A stretch of 64,000 nucleotides of DNA from Lama guanicoe. Lineage: Eukaryota. A model generated the notes under the pieces. That model saw nothing but the letters and a program-made list of their open reading frames with translations. It did not search any database and was not told the origin of the DNA. Made by a program: the position numbers and the translations under genes. This document shows, one piece after another, positions 12,801 to 24,460 of the stretch. The stretch is from assembly GCA_013239625.1 (NCBI GenBank), contig MU054204.1, forward strand, positions 86,879-150,878, in the 5' to 3' direction. How positions within the stretch are numbered: position 1 is the stretch's first letter; each line of letters starts with the position of its first letter.

Positions 12801-13014
12801 TTCTGAGCACCTTATATACATTAATTCGATCTCATCCTCACAAAACCCCTAAGAGTTAAACACAATTGTTATCTACATTGTACAGATTAGGAAGCTGTTG
12901 GATGACAGAGATAAGACAAAGATAGGAAATCTCTTATTTTTTAGGTCATTTCAAGGCAGGACTCTGAGCCCTCTCCTTCCTTCTAACCTCAGTAGTTGCG
13001 CTTATAGGAACAGA
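9868..13014 (+). pseudogene. Middle block of the same pseudogene, on the plus strand inside the inferred inversion
   Basis: AG/GT-bounded exons 10436-10532, 10737-10796, 10894-10937, 11064-11086, 11242-11414 and 12137-12180 chain in phase: QNCTF*PEVECWHHAYIVKTANVKSQSVRFQL-QDPLFHAVDFDGDFGLVNGK-TVFFVQI*NILLCFL-YAAESLE-NLAECVPRKREHYRDPTL...GDFLHLLPPFELTC**DGRLT-*VKPFEARVILGCIH. Exon 12945-13014 has strong splice sites; weaker candidates lie at ~9868-9932 and from 10072. Confidence 0.6.
11437..12095 (-). mobile_element. L1 3' end (cetartiodactyl/camelid type)
   Basis: tttattgaagtatagtcggtttacaatg...cccaggagtgggattgctggatc. Confidence 0.9.
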
Positions 13015-13176
13015 GTAAGCATGGTCCAATCTAATAGGCACTGTATTTTAAATCTGGCTGAGTCACTGAATCTGGAGGTTCTAACCCTGATTAGAAATTT
13101 GGTGAGGTAGGTAGCAGATTTTTGTCTTTGGGAATCAAACCTATGCTGTCCCAAACTTTCCACTCCCCAAACACCC

Positions 13177-13300
13177 CATGATGGTTAATTTCATGTATTA
13201 ACTTGGCTACACTATGGTGGCCAGTTTGTCAAACACTAGTCTAAATGTTGTTGTAAAGTTATTTTGTAGATGTGACTAAAATTTACAATTGTTGACTTTT
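13177..13300 (+). mobile_element. MLT2 LTR, 5' part (the piece missing from 7119-7384)
   Basis: atgatggttaatttcatgtattaacttggctac...ctagtctaaatgttgttgtaaagttattttgtagatgtg...gttgacttt. Confidence 0.8.
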
Positions 13301-13864
13301 TATACAATTTTAAAATTTATTTTCATTTATTTACTGAGGTATAATTGACATATAGGATTATATTAGTTTCGAGTGTACAACATGATTCAATGTTTGTGTA
13401 CAATGCAAAATGCTAACCACAATAATTGTAGTTAACATTCACCAGCGTACGTAGTTACAATTTTTTTTCTTGTTTTATTTCTTATGATGAGGACTTTTAA
13501 GATCTACTTGTAGCAACTTTCAACTATCCAACACAGTATTATTAACCATCATTACTATGCTTCTGACACCCCCTCACCCATTCTATCCATTTCCCTGCCA
13601 ACCCAGCAACCACCAATCTGTTCTATGTAACTATGAGCTTAAGTTTTGTTTTTGTTTGTTTCGTATTGTTCTTAGATTCCACATACAAGTGAGATCATAT
13701 GGTATTTGTCTTTCTCTGACTTATTTCACTTAGAATAATGCCCTCAAGGTCCATTCATGTTGTTATAAATGGCAAAATTTCATTCTTTCTTATGACTGAA
13801 TAATATTCCATTGTGTATATATACCACATTTTCTTTATTCATCCATTCATTGAAGAACACTTAG
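13301..13864 (-). mobile_element. L1 3' end (L1MA-like), truncated at the right inversion breakpoint
   Basis: T-rich tail, tagattccacatacaagtgagatcatatggtatttgtc, ending at cattcattgaagaacacttag. Confidence 0.9.
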
Positions 13865-13871
13865 CTTTTAC

Positions 13872-16800
13872 TTGCAGTATTTGGTTTCACATTCTGCCGT
13901 CTACCTCAAGACAATCCCAATGGGTTTGCCATGAAGGATTCTGTAGACTCCTGGCCATCTGGAGATGACTGGAAGACTCATGCCATCTAATGGCTTTGCC
14001 ACAGCCTCACTTATAGCTTCAAAAACATTATCTTCAGTTGGGTAAGGATCTTTAAAAAAGGAAAAAGAAGAAAGTAGACTCAATCTACTGTTCACCTCCC
14101 ATCTCACCTACTTCCTAAGCCTTAGCACTGTGAAGTTCTATCAGATTTACCAGCTGAGATGCCATCAGCAGTAGTACAGCAAAATATGTCATAATTCCAG
14201 TAAGGTACATCATGTATGGAGTGCCAGAAAAGAATACTGGCAGATTTCAGCTGGATTTCTGTCATTTTGGCGAGAAGTAGTACAGTTACACTAAGCTTCC
14301 ATATGCTCTGTAGCCCATCCCCCTACACCCACTCTTGAGATTGCTCCTCCTACCTAAAAGACATTGTTCAAGCATTTGATATATTTCTGGTGTGTGGAAA
14401 TACTTTTGCCTCTACCTCTCTGACCCCAAACTCCCTCCCATCTTGCTTTCTCTGATATTTTTCTGTTGGCACTCCCAAGGCCAGATAAAAAGCAGTAGGT
14501 TTAAGGTCAGTTTTCTCCTTGCTGAACACAAAAGCATGCAAATGTACAAAGATGAGAAAGTGATCAAAGCATTTGATTCCCCTGTGTAGGGAGACACTAT
14601 CTTCCTCCTCATTAACTCTACTTGAAAATAAATTCTAACAATGAACTCTACTTGTAAATGAAATCACATATAGGATAGACAGATGGATAGTTGGATGGCT
14701 AGATGGATGGATGGGTAGAGATCTATATATGTGGATGGTGGGGTGCATGTGTATGTATGCAGATAAGCATGTAAGTATATAAACACTCTTTTTTCTAAGT
14801 CACTTAAAATTTTATAGAATGATGAGAAATAGCCTATTTACTGGAGAACTTCATGTCTGTTGAACAAATGAATGAGTAGAGAAGACATGGCTCTATGGAT
14901 TTCTGAGACAAGTGATAGTGAAATGGGGCTAACAGGAGAGCACCTCAGGAACAATGGAGCAAGGACCTCCAAAAATCCGCTGAATAAAATCAGTAAGAAC
15001 ACTGGCAAAAAAAATAGACAAAATCAAAATTCTTAGAATTCTGAAACTAACCAAAGGCTCGCAGCAATCCAAAAAGCATTTATTCAAGAAAAATGACAAC
15101 CTCTGTGGGAATAGTGAGCTCTGTGACATTTTTACTTGTCCTATTCTAATCCCCCTCTCCTCAGATCTACAGTAGCCTTAAAAAATAACAGTCTGACAAC
15201 ACCCATAGTTATGAAAATCAGTAGCTTAGCAGCCACTGGAGGGGGCAGACCAGATTTGACATCCCCTACAAGCCCCATTTCCAGAGAATTGTCACAATTT
15301 GACCTGCCTGGCAGTTCTTGGAAACACCCACTCACATGATTCATCTTTATTTGCCATGGCTCAGAACTCGCTCCATGCAGAAAGCCTTTCTTGTTTTAAT
15401 AGACTTTCCTTTTTAAGAGCAGTTTTGGGTTTAGAGAAAAACTGAGGAGAAAGTGACAGAGTTTCCATATGGAACTCTTTCTCTTTCTCCACCCCCCACT
15501 GCCTTCCACTGTTTCCCCCTATTATTAATATCTTGTATTAGTGTAGTACATTTGTTACAACTGAGGAACCAATATTGACACATTATTATCAACTAAAGTC
15601 CATAGTTTACAAAAGAGTTTACTCTTTCAGCTGTATATTGCATGGGTTTTGATAAATACATAATGCCATGTATCTGCCATTACAGCATCATACAGAAGAG
15701 TTTCACTGTTCTAACAATCCCCTGTGGTTCATGTATTCATCCACCCTTCCCTTCTGAACCAGTGACAATCACCGATATTTTTACTATCCCTATAGTTTTG
15801 CCTTTTCCTGAATGTCATATGGATGGAATCATATAGCATGTAGCCTTTCACACTGGCTTCTTCCACTTAGCAATATGCATTTAAGTTTCCTCCATGTCTT
15901 TTCATGGCTTCATAGCTCATTTTTATTGCTGATTGATATTCCATTGTGTACATGTACCAGTTTATTTATTCCATTTACCTGTTAAAGGATGTCTTGGTTG
16001 CTTCCAAGTTTTGGCAATTGAGAATAAAGCTGCTATAAACATTTGTGTGTAGGTTTTGGTGTGGACATAACTTTTCAACTCATTTTAATAAGTAACAGGG
16101 AATGTGGTTGCTGGATTGTATGGTGAGACTACATTTAGCTTTGCAAGAAACTGTCAGACTGTTTTCCAAAGCAGCTATACCATTTTGCATTCCAACCAGC
16201 AATTGTTGCTATCAGCATTTTGGGTTTTAACCATTCTAATAGGTGTGTGGTTGTATCTCATTTTAATGACATATGATGTGGAATGTCTCTTTATATGCTT
16301 ATTTGCCATATATATGCCTTCTTTGTGAGGTTTCTGTTCATACATTTTGCCCATTTTTAATCAGGTTGTTTTCTTATTGTTGGATTTTAAGAGTTATTAG
16401 TAAGTTTTGAATACAAGTCCTTTATCTAATACATGTTTTGAAAATATTTCCTTCCAGTCTGTGGCTTATCTTTACATTCTCTTAACATCACCTTTTGGAG
16501 TGCAAAATGTTTCATTTTGATGAAGGCCAACTTATCAATTTTTTCCTTCTTAGACCATGCTTTTGTTATTATATCTAAAAAGTCATCATCAGGGCATCAG
16601 ACAGATTTGGGTTAGGCTCAAACTACCCACTCAATTGCTATGCTTAGTGACTTTGGGCAAGTCTCCAGAAACCTTCACTTCCACAAATGTAAAATGAGAT
16701 GCTACTTGTTCAAGCCAAGATGAAATAAAATGATGCATGAAAAGCTCTTTTAAAAAGAAATATATATATATATATAGGAAAAAATGTCATTACCAAAGCA

Positions 16801-19800
16801 ATGTTTACCTGTGTTTCTTCTAGAAGTTTGGAAAGTTTGTGTTTGACATTTATGTCTACGATCCATTTCCAATTAATGTTTGTGACAGGTATAAGGTCTC
16901 TGTCCAGATTCATTTTTTGCATGTGTCTCTCCAGTTATTCCAGCACCATTTGTTGAAAAGATTATTCTTTATCCATTTAATTGCCTTTGCAGCTTTGTTA
17001 AGGATTAGTTGACTATATTTGTGTGGGTCTATTTTGGGGCTTTCTATTCTATTCCATTAATCTATTTGTTTATTGTTTCATTAATAGCATGCTGTGTTGA
17101 TTACCATAGCATTAAAGTAAGTACTGAAGCCAGGCATCTATGCAAAACCACAGCTAACAAATCTATTGTTAAAAGACTGAATGCTTTCCCCCTGAGATCA
17201 GGAAGAAGAATGTCTGCTCTCACTACTTCTATTCAACATTGTATTGGAGGTTCTAGACAGGGTAATTTGGCAAGGAAAAAAGAAGGTATCCAGATTGAAA
17301 GAAGTAAAACTATATATGTATTCATAGATGACATGAACTTGTGTATAGGAAATTCTAAGAAATCCATACAAACTATTACAGCTAATAAATGGGTTCAGCA
17401 AGGTTACAGGGTACTAGTTCAATATACAAAATAAATTATATTTCTATACAACTAGCAATTAATGGTCTGAAAATTTAGGGGAAAATTAATAATAGCATCA
17501 AAAAGAATAGAAAAACAGGAGTGAATTTAAAGTACAAGACATATACTGGAAAATGACAAAACTGTTGAAAAAATTAAAGAAATCCTAAATAAATGGAAAG
17601 ACATCTCAGTTTTACAGATTAGAAAACAATAATGTTAAGATGGCAATGCTACCCAAACTTATCCACAGATTCAGTTCAATCTCTAATCAAAAAAACCCAG
17701 CTGATATTTTTTCAGAAATTGAAAAAGTGATTCTAAAATTCATATGGAAATACAAGTGACCCAGAATAGCCTAAACAATCTTGGTAAAGAAGAAAACATT
17801 TGGGGGAAATGACATTTCCCAATTTCAAAATTTACACAAAGCTCTAGTTACCAAGACAGTGTTGTCCTGGCATAAAAGACATATGGCTCAATGAAACAAA
17901 ATTGAAAGTCTAGAAATAAACCCTTATACTTACGGTCAGTTTTCCACAAGGGCACAAGACAATTCAATGGGAAAAAAATTAGTCTTTTCAACAAATGATG
18001 CTGTGACAACTGGACGTCAACACGTAAATGAATGAAATTAGACTTTTACGTCACACGATAGGCAAAAATTAACTAAAATGGATTAAATGTCTAAATGTTA
18101 CAGCTTAAACTATAAAACAATTGGAAAAAGACATAGGTATAAATTCTTACGACCTTGGATTATTCAGTGCTTTTTAGATGACACCGCAAGCACAAGCAAC
18201 AAAAGATAAAAATAGATAAATTTGATTTCTTCCAAATTAAAAACTTCCGTGTTGAAAAGGACACCATCAAGAAAGTTAAAAAACAACCCACAGAATCAGA
18301 AAAAGTATTTGCAAATCTTACATCTGATAAGGAATTAACATCCAGAACATATAAAGAACTTTAACAATGCAACAATATGAGCAAACCCAATTAAAAACTG
18401 GGCAAACACTTGAAAAGACATTTATCTAAAGAAGATATTCAAGTTGCAAATAAGCACATGAAAAGATGCCCAACATCATGCGTCATGGGGAAATGCAATC
18501 CAAACCACAATGAAATACCACTTCACCACCACTAGTATGGCCAAAATAAAAGAAGTAGACAATAACAAATGTTGGTGAGGATGTAGAGAAATTGAAACCC
18601 TCAAACATTTCTAGTACAGCCACTTGGGAAACAGTTTAACAGTTCCTCAAAATGTTCAACAGAGTTACCATATGATTCAGCACTGCTACTCCTAAGTATA
18701 TATGTAAGAGGATTGAAACTTCCACGCAAAAACTTCCATATGAACATTCACATCATCATTATTCATAATAGCCAAAGAACAGAAACAACTCAAAGCCCAT
18801 CAACTGATGAATGGATAAATAAAATGTGGCATATTCTACAATGGAATTTTATCCAGAAAAAAAAAAGGAATGAACAACACAGATGAACCTTGAAAGCATA
18901 ATGCTAAGTTGAAGATGGTCACAAGAAGCCAAATGTTGCATGATTTGACTTATATAAACATCCATAATCTATAGAAAAATAAGTAGATTAATAGTTACCA
19001 GGGACTGGGTTAAGGGGAACGGACTTTAACTGCTAACTCTGGCCATAGGGTTTCTTTTTGTGGAGAAATCAATTTAGTGATTTTTGCACAACTCTGCGTA
19101 TACTAAAAATCACTCAACCAAACACCTCAAATGGTGGCTTTTACGGTATGCAAATTATATCTCAATAAACCAGTTGTTATTTTAAATGGGCTAATACCTC
19201 CTGCTTTATAGTGCTGTGGGGAGAATTAACTGAAGACATTTGAAAACCTTTACAAAATTAGTCACCCAAATATTTGGTGAAACTAAAGATAAATTTTACC
19301 TGCTTCCTAACTTTGCCCAGAATTGGACATAATATACTCCCACAGTAAATGCACAGAGCTCCAGGGTCAGAAGCAAGCTTAAATGCCTATTCCTTTTGCA
19401 CCCATATATTGATTGAAGTTCTGGCCTATTCACTGGAGGAACTGGGGACAAGGTAGACTTTGCTTCCTGCTTTCCATTTCTGGGCCAAGTAACTATTTCT
19501 TCCCACCCACCCAGGCAGACAAACCCCCATCCACTAGCAAGCATACACCCTCCTCCACTAGCAAGCATATCTCCTTTCTCCCAGAGGAAGGTTTGAGGTA
19601 TAGATCTCTTACTTAGGAGTCGAGAAAAAATGCTGAGCTGAAAGCAATATTTCAAAAGAAAAGAATCCACGACATCAGCCACAGCTGACCCCATCCTACC
19701 CGTGTTTCCCTCAGGTATTCTGACAACTCAGGGCTTAATGGATAATGGGGCCAATTAACCCCGAGCCCTCCATACACAGATTAAGTTTCGGACATATTCA

Positions 19801-20058
19801 GGACTCACAAGGCCAGGAGACCATGATTTTCTGAAAATGCCAAAGAACACTGGGATGCTGAATTCAGAATCTAGTCCTGTGACAAAGATCTGTAGGCAGG
19901 CCTGTTGGATATTTGTGCCTACCCCAGGTAAACTGGGGAAATGACTGGCCTGGAAGCCCACATTTACTCTCCCATGTCACCTTGCAGCATACGTAACGAT
20001 TCCACAAACTGCCTTATTCAACAGCACAGCCGTCACATTCTATTGTAATTTGAATCAT
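13872..20058 (-). pseudogene. 5' block of an unidentified multi-exon (unitary) pseudogene
   Basis: Phase-compatible exon chain: 20058-19993 (ATG, MIQITIECDGCAVE*GSLWNRY), 19889-19809 (IFVTGLDSEFSIPVFFGIFRKSWSPGL), 19637-19613 (LSIFSRLL), 19432-19300 (MNRPELQSIYG...FWAKLGS), 14581-14447 (RGIKCFDHFL...PTEKYQR, GC donor), 14266-14151 (MTEIQLK...PYWNYDIFCCTTADGISA, acceptor decayed to CAA), 14049-13905 or 13872 (DPYPTEDNVFEAISEAVAKPLDG...WPGVYRILHG). Most AG/GT sites are canonical. Confidence 0.65.
14925..19180. mobile_element. L1 cluster: plus-strand 5' end (~14925-15390), minus-strand L1MC/MD-type (~15395-17128), plus-strand L1MB-type ORF2 and 3' end (~17135-19180)
   Basis: ORF2 remnant LNAFPLRSG and standard L1 3' UTR sequence; the cluster lies in one intron of the proposed pseudogene. 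Confidence 0.85.
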
Positions 20059-22130
20059 GATTTTGAAATAATGGGGCACCAAAATTAATCTTATTTTATA
20101 CACAAAGTATATCTTGTGTCACATTTATTCCAATGGAAAATAATTGCAATATGTGAACATTGAAATATTCCATATCAGGAAGAAGGCATCCCTCACCAAA
20201 AAAAAAGTGTGACTGGCTTATGTTTGTATCCATCAAGGACCTTCTATGTGCCAGGCTCCAATAATATGGCAATGGGTAAAACAGTTGAAAACTCTCAAAA
20301 GGAGCTCCATCTTTTGGCAACAAAGATCGTTACACTAGAGTGTGTTAAAGGAATGCAAATAATACTGTGAGCACAGAGGGATAGCACCTGCCTGAGTCTG
20401 GGGTATCATGGGGGTGTTGAGATGCAGAGAAATGCGTAAGCTGATTCCTAAAGATACAGTCAAGAAGGTAGATGGACAAAAGGATGTTAAGAAGTAGCTC
20501 CTTATGCAGAATAAAGATTTGTATACTTATAGACATGTAGACTATTTAGTTTAGCTGGAACCAATTATTGAGAAGGGAGGGGTAAAAATGAGTTAATCTC
20601 CAGTGGACAGGTAAGAAAGAGATAGGGATTTACATTTGGCAAATAAAGTCAGTCACCTTAAATCAGTCCCCTTTCACTGAGAATGACCATAAGACTAGTC
20701 AAGGAGCAGTTGGGCAGGGGAAATGCCTTCCTGGGCTTCTTCAAAGGGGCCCCTTGGCGAGGGCTGATTGCTTGCCATGCTGCCTTAGGAGAGCGACTGA
20801 ACTTCATAGGAGCCTCCAATCCCACCCTGGGGGATTCAAGTAGACTTCCTGGCCGCAGCTAAAGGGAACAAAGGAAATGAATTTTTTCCAACCCCATCCC
20901 CTCTCTCCCAATCCCCCAAACATTCAAGATTGTCTTCAACAACAAAAAAATGATTTATTTGCAACACAACCCAATCCCCATCACTTTAGTACAGCATAGG
21001 TATAGAAAAAAGTCACACTGCAAGCATTGTTTCGTACAAGGCAGAACTTCATGCCTCTCAACACAGCAAGCCCATCTTCCCAAGTGACCCATGCCCAGAG
21101 CCAAACTGAACACACAAACATGGGCCAGCCCAGAATGAAGTTGGCTCCAAGCCTCAGAACATTTCATCCTTCCCCCAGAGTCCTTTAAACTTCCTAATTG
21201 CAGCCTACCTACCCTCTCTACTCCCAACCTCCAAGCCACCAGGGAGCTTTCTTTGTGGGATAACAGGGGTTTTTAAGGGTTACCTAAAATAAGAAAATAC
21301 CCCGGGAAATCTGTTGTTCCACAGAAAGTTTAAAATGACTTCCCCTATACATAGTCCTAATAATCAATGACAGCTCTTTACCTCTTTCCTCTAGATACAG
21401 GTGGTTTGGAAGTGATTGTCATCTCAGACAGCTCCATACTCATTTCCCTACTGGCCTTATTAAAGGCTGATCTCCTCACCCTAGAGTATAAAGGAATCCC
21501 AGGTATCTTCTCCAGGTTCAGAGCCCGAGTAGAAAAGCCCTGATAGCTTAGAAAACGATTCCCTTCCTTCTGTTCCACTCCAAAGATTTTTTAATGGAGA
21601 TTATTGTCCAAAATCTTCTAATCCATCTGAGAAAAAGGAGTTTTAGATGTAGAGGGAAATCCAAAACACAGGAGCAGACAGTCTTTCCAATCAGGTACCA
21701 GTTTCCAGGATTCAGGAGGCAAGGAAGAGGAGTATAAAATCTCAAGTTGCTTTCGTCACCCCAAGTCTTCTAGATCCTCTGAAGATGGACTCCAGGACGA
21801 TTCCACCGTGATGGTACAATTTCTAGACTTCTACCATCAGGGACTGGTGACTTTTGACAAGTCACAATTTAAAAAAGACAAGAAAATAGAGAGGGCATCT
21901 CCAAAGGAGCATTAAGGGCTCTGACTAGTGGTCCAAATATACTGCTCTTTGGTGTCAGAAGTGTTTTTATTAAGTGAGGAGCTCATAAATGGGGAAAGAG
22001 CCTTAACACTGAAGGCAAAGAATAGAACCCAGAGACTGGGTAGAGGATCACTTGCAGCTTTAACAGTAATATTTATTTTAAACCCTTCTCCAATTTCTCA
22101 GGGACACCTGAGCTAGCTGCGTCTTTGCTC

Positions 22131-22987
22131 TTACCTGCATGTGCAGGACTGGGCAATCATATCCTCGTACTCCTTGTACAAGATACTCCCATTCGCCTCA
22201 ATCATAAGGACACTAATGGGAACATACTTATAAGGGACACAGGAGGGCCGAGGGACACTGGGGTCCACCAGTTCATTGACAAGGTTCTGGATGATGGCGT
22301 GATTGGGAGAATTGAGACCATAGTGTAGTACCCGAGGGCAGACTCCCTTACAGTAGTTTGGGGTATAAAAATGGGGTGCAATGATCCAGTGATCCCAGCC
22401 CAGCTGGCGGAAGCTGACTTGGAAAGGGTGAAGGGAACACTGGTTACTTTCAGGCCCGTCATGCTCTATGGAGGGGCCAGGAACCTGAGATGACGTGCTG
22501 CCTGCTTGGCGGGCCCTCCGCAAAAGAAGAGAAGAATTTCTCTCTGGAAACTCTTCCAGGCCTCGGGGGAGAAGCCTGGCCGTCTGAACACTTTGAGTAT
22601 CATTGAAATAGAGTAATAAGAAGGCAGTGTCCAACAATGAAGTGCCCTGCCACTGGAACTCAGAAACTTCACTCCCTTTAGGCTGCTGACACACGAAGCG
22701 GAGTCGTAGGACCCTGCGCCCCTGATGGTTCCAGAGCTTTTGCCCAACATGTGGGGTGATATCCATCTCTGTCCAAGCTTTGGACAACAGGGAAGGCCTT
22801 GAAGAGACTCTTCCTGAAGGAGGAAAGTGATGGGTTGGGCTTTTCTGGACCCAGGGCTCCACATGGCAGGAGAGGTGGAAGTGAGCTAGGTGAAATTGAT
22901 GACGGTAAACCACAGTGGCCCTTACTAGTTTGTGTGCTACTCGGTTCAGTCTCAGAGGAAAGTCCAGGGTCTGTATGTGCCAGGGGT
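22131..22987 (-). CDS. BMP15: Bone morphogenetic protein 15, coding exon 2 (rest of prodomain, RRAR cleavage site, 125-aa mature TGF-beta domain)
   Basis: Acceptor ctcttgttccctcttatgcag|AC, 857 nt to TAA at 22133-22131. With exon 1 this is 1185 nt (394 aa) with no frame break. Mature peptide QAGSTSS...[22 protein letters not shown]...CKGVC...PSCVP...CTCR starts at 22508. Intron is 4027 bp. Confidence 0.98.
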
Positions 22988-24134
22988 CTGCATAAGAGGG
23001 AACAAGAGCAGAGCATTAGCTTCTTACCTCCAAGCCAGAGTCTCCCTCGCAAACCGCTCAGTACAAACTGATGGCTGTAAGCAGCCCTAAAATTCATTCA
23101 AGATCATAAGAGCCATCGTCTATTGATCAATTACTGATGTATTAGATGCTTCACATGCATTTACTCTTTAATCCACAATAGGCTTACAAGGTAGTTATTA
23201 TCCCCATTTTGCAAACAAGGAAATTGAAGCTCAGAGAAGCTATACCAGAGGACACACAGCCAGGGTGTGTTAGAATCAAGATTCTAGCCCATCTTCTTTC
23301 CCTTAAGAGAAATGCTGTCTCATTTTTAGACCACTCACAGAACTAGACTGAGAAATACACCTCAAATACAGAATTATTACGTGTATATGTTGTATGTATC
23401 ATTAGTTGACTGTTAAACGTGACCAATTAGGAGAATCAATGAGACAGACATGAATTAACAACAAATCCTCCTGCTATATCACTATACAGAAGCAACTTTA
23501 GGGTGACAGTCCAACATTGGGGGCTGCAGCCTGCCATCACTTCAAATCCGGGTTGAGATGCCACCAAATAATTTTGTCTATCCACCTCTAGTGAGGGCAG
23601 GTATTTTGCCATTTCTGCCTTCTATCAGAATTTCTTCTTGAGCAGTGATTCCCTTCTGAGGCCGTTTCCTCCTTAACCCTCAGTCTCTCCTTTTTCCGTT
23701 CCTTCCTGGAAATGATTCTTCATTTACCCCATTCATGGTACCACCATTCCCCTAAATACCATTCTCAACAAGGTCCTGGGCATATAAATATTTTGTTTGC
23801 TAAGAATTCTTCTAGAAGCTGCATGCCTCTGAGTGATGAGTTTTCATCTCAACTGTGATGCTGACACCCAGTGGCCAAAAGGTTGGAAAGAGGGGCCTCC
23901 AGTCCCTTGACCTTCTGCGCCCTCTCCTGACAAAGGTCAAGAGCAACCGTTACCAAAACCAAGCATAGCAGGAAAAAGCCTTCTGTCATCTTCAAATGTG
24001 ACTAAACATGTCCATGTCAGTTTACATGATTATTCAGCTAACCTTCCTTTGCCACTGAATCCATGAGCCTGGGATACTTCAGGAGGCTGGGGACGTTCAA
24101 CATACAAGCTCTTGAATGTCTTGATGCATCAAGG

Positions 24135-24460
24135 TATTTTTTTATGTATCTAAGTTCCAGGTATATAGCATCGTAATTCAACATCTCTATACACTACAGA
24201 GTGATCACCACCATAAGCCTGGTTTTACCATCATCTCTCACCACACAATTGATTCCCTTCACCTATTTATCCCACCTCCTCCCAATCACCTTCCCTGCTG
24301 GTTACCACTAACATGATCTCTGTAATTGAGCTTGTTTTTTGTTTGTTTGTTTGTTCATTTGTTTTGTTTTGTTTTATAGATTCCACTGGAGTGAAATCAT
24401 ATTGGGTTTTTTTTTTTAAGTTCAGTTTCCAAACTCATGCTTAATATGCCCTCAAGTTTG
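24135..24460 (-). mobile_element. L1 3' fragment in the BMP15 intron
   Basis: gtgatcaccaccataagcct...tagattccac...gtgaaatcata. Confidence 0.75.

Noticed and set aside
19296..19694. 132-aa ORF as a single-exon gene
   Set aside because: It is two in-frame pseudo-exons plus intron, including a 24-bp-period duplication (ccactagcaagcata twice).
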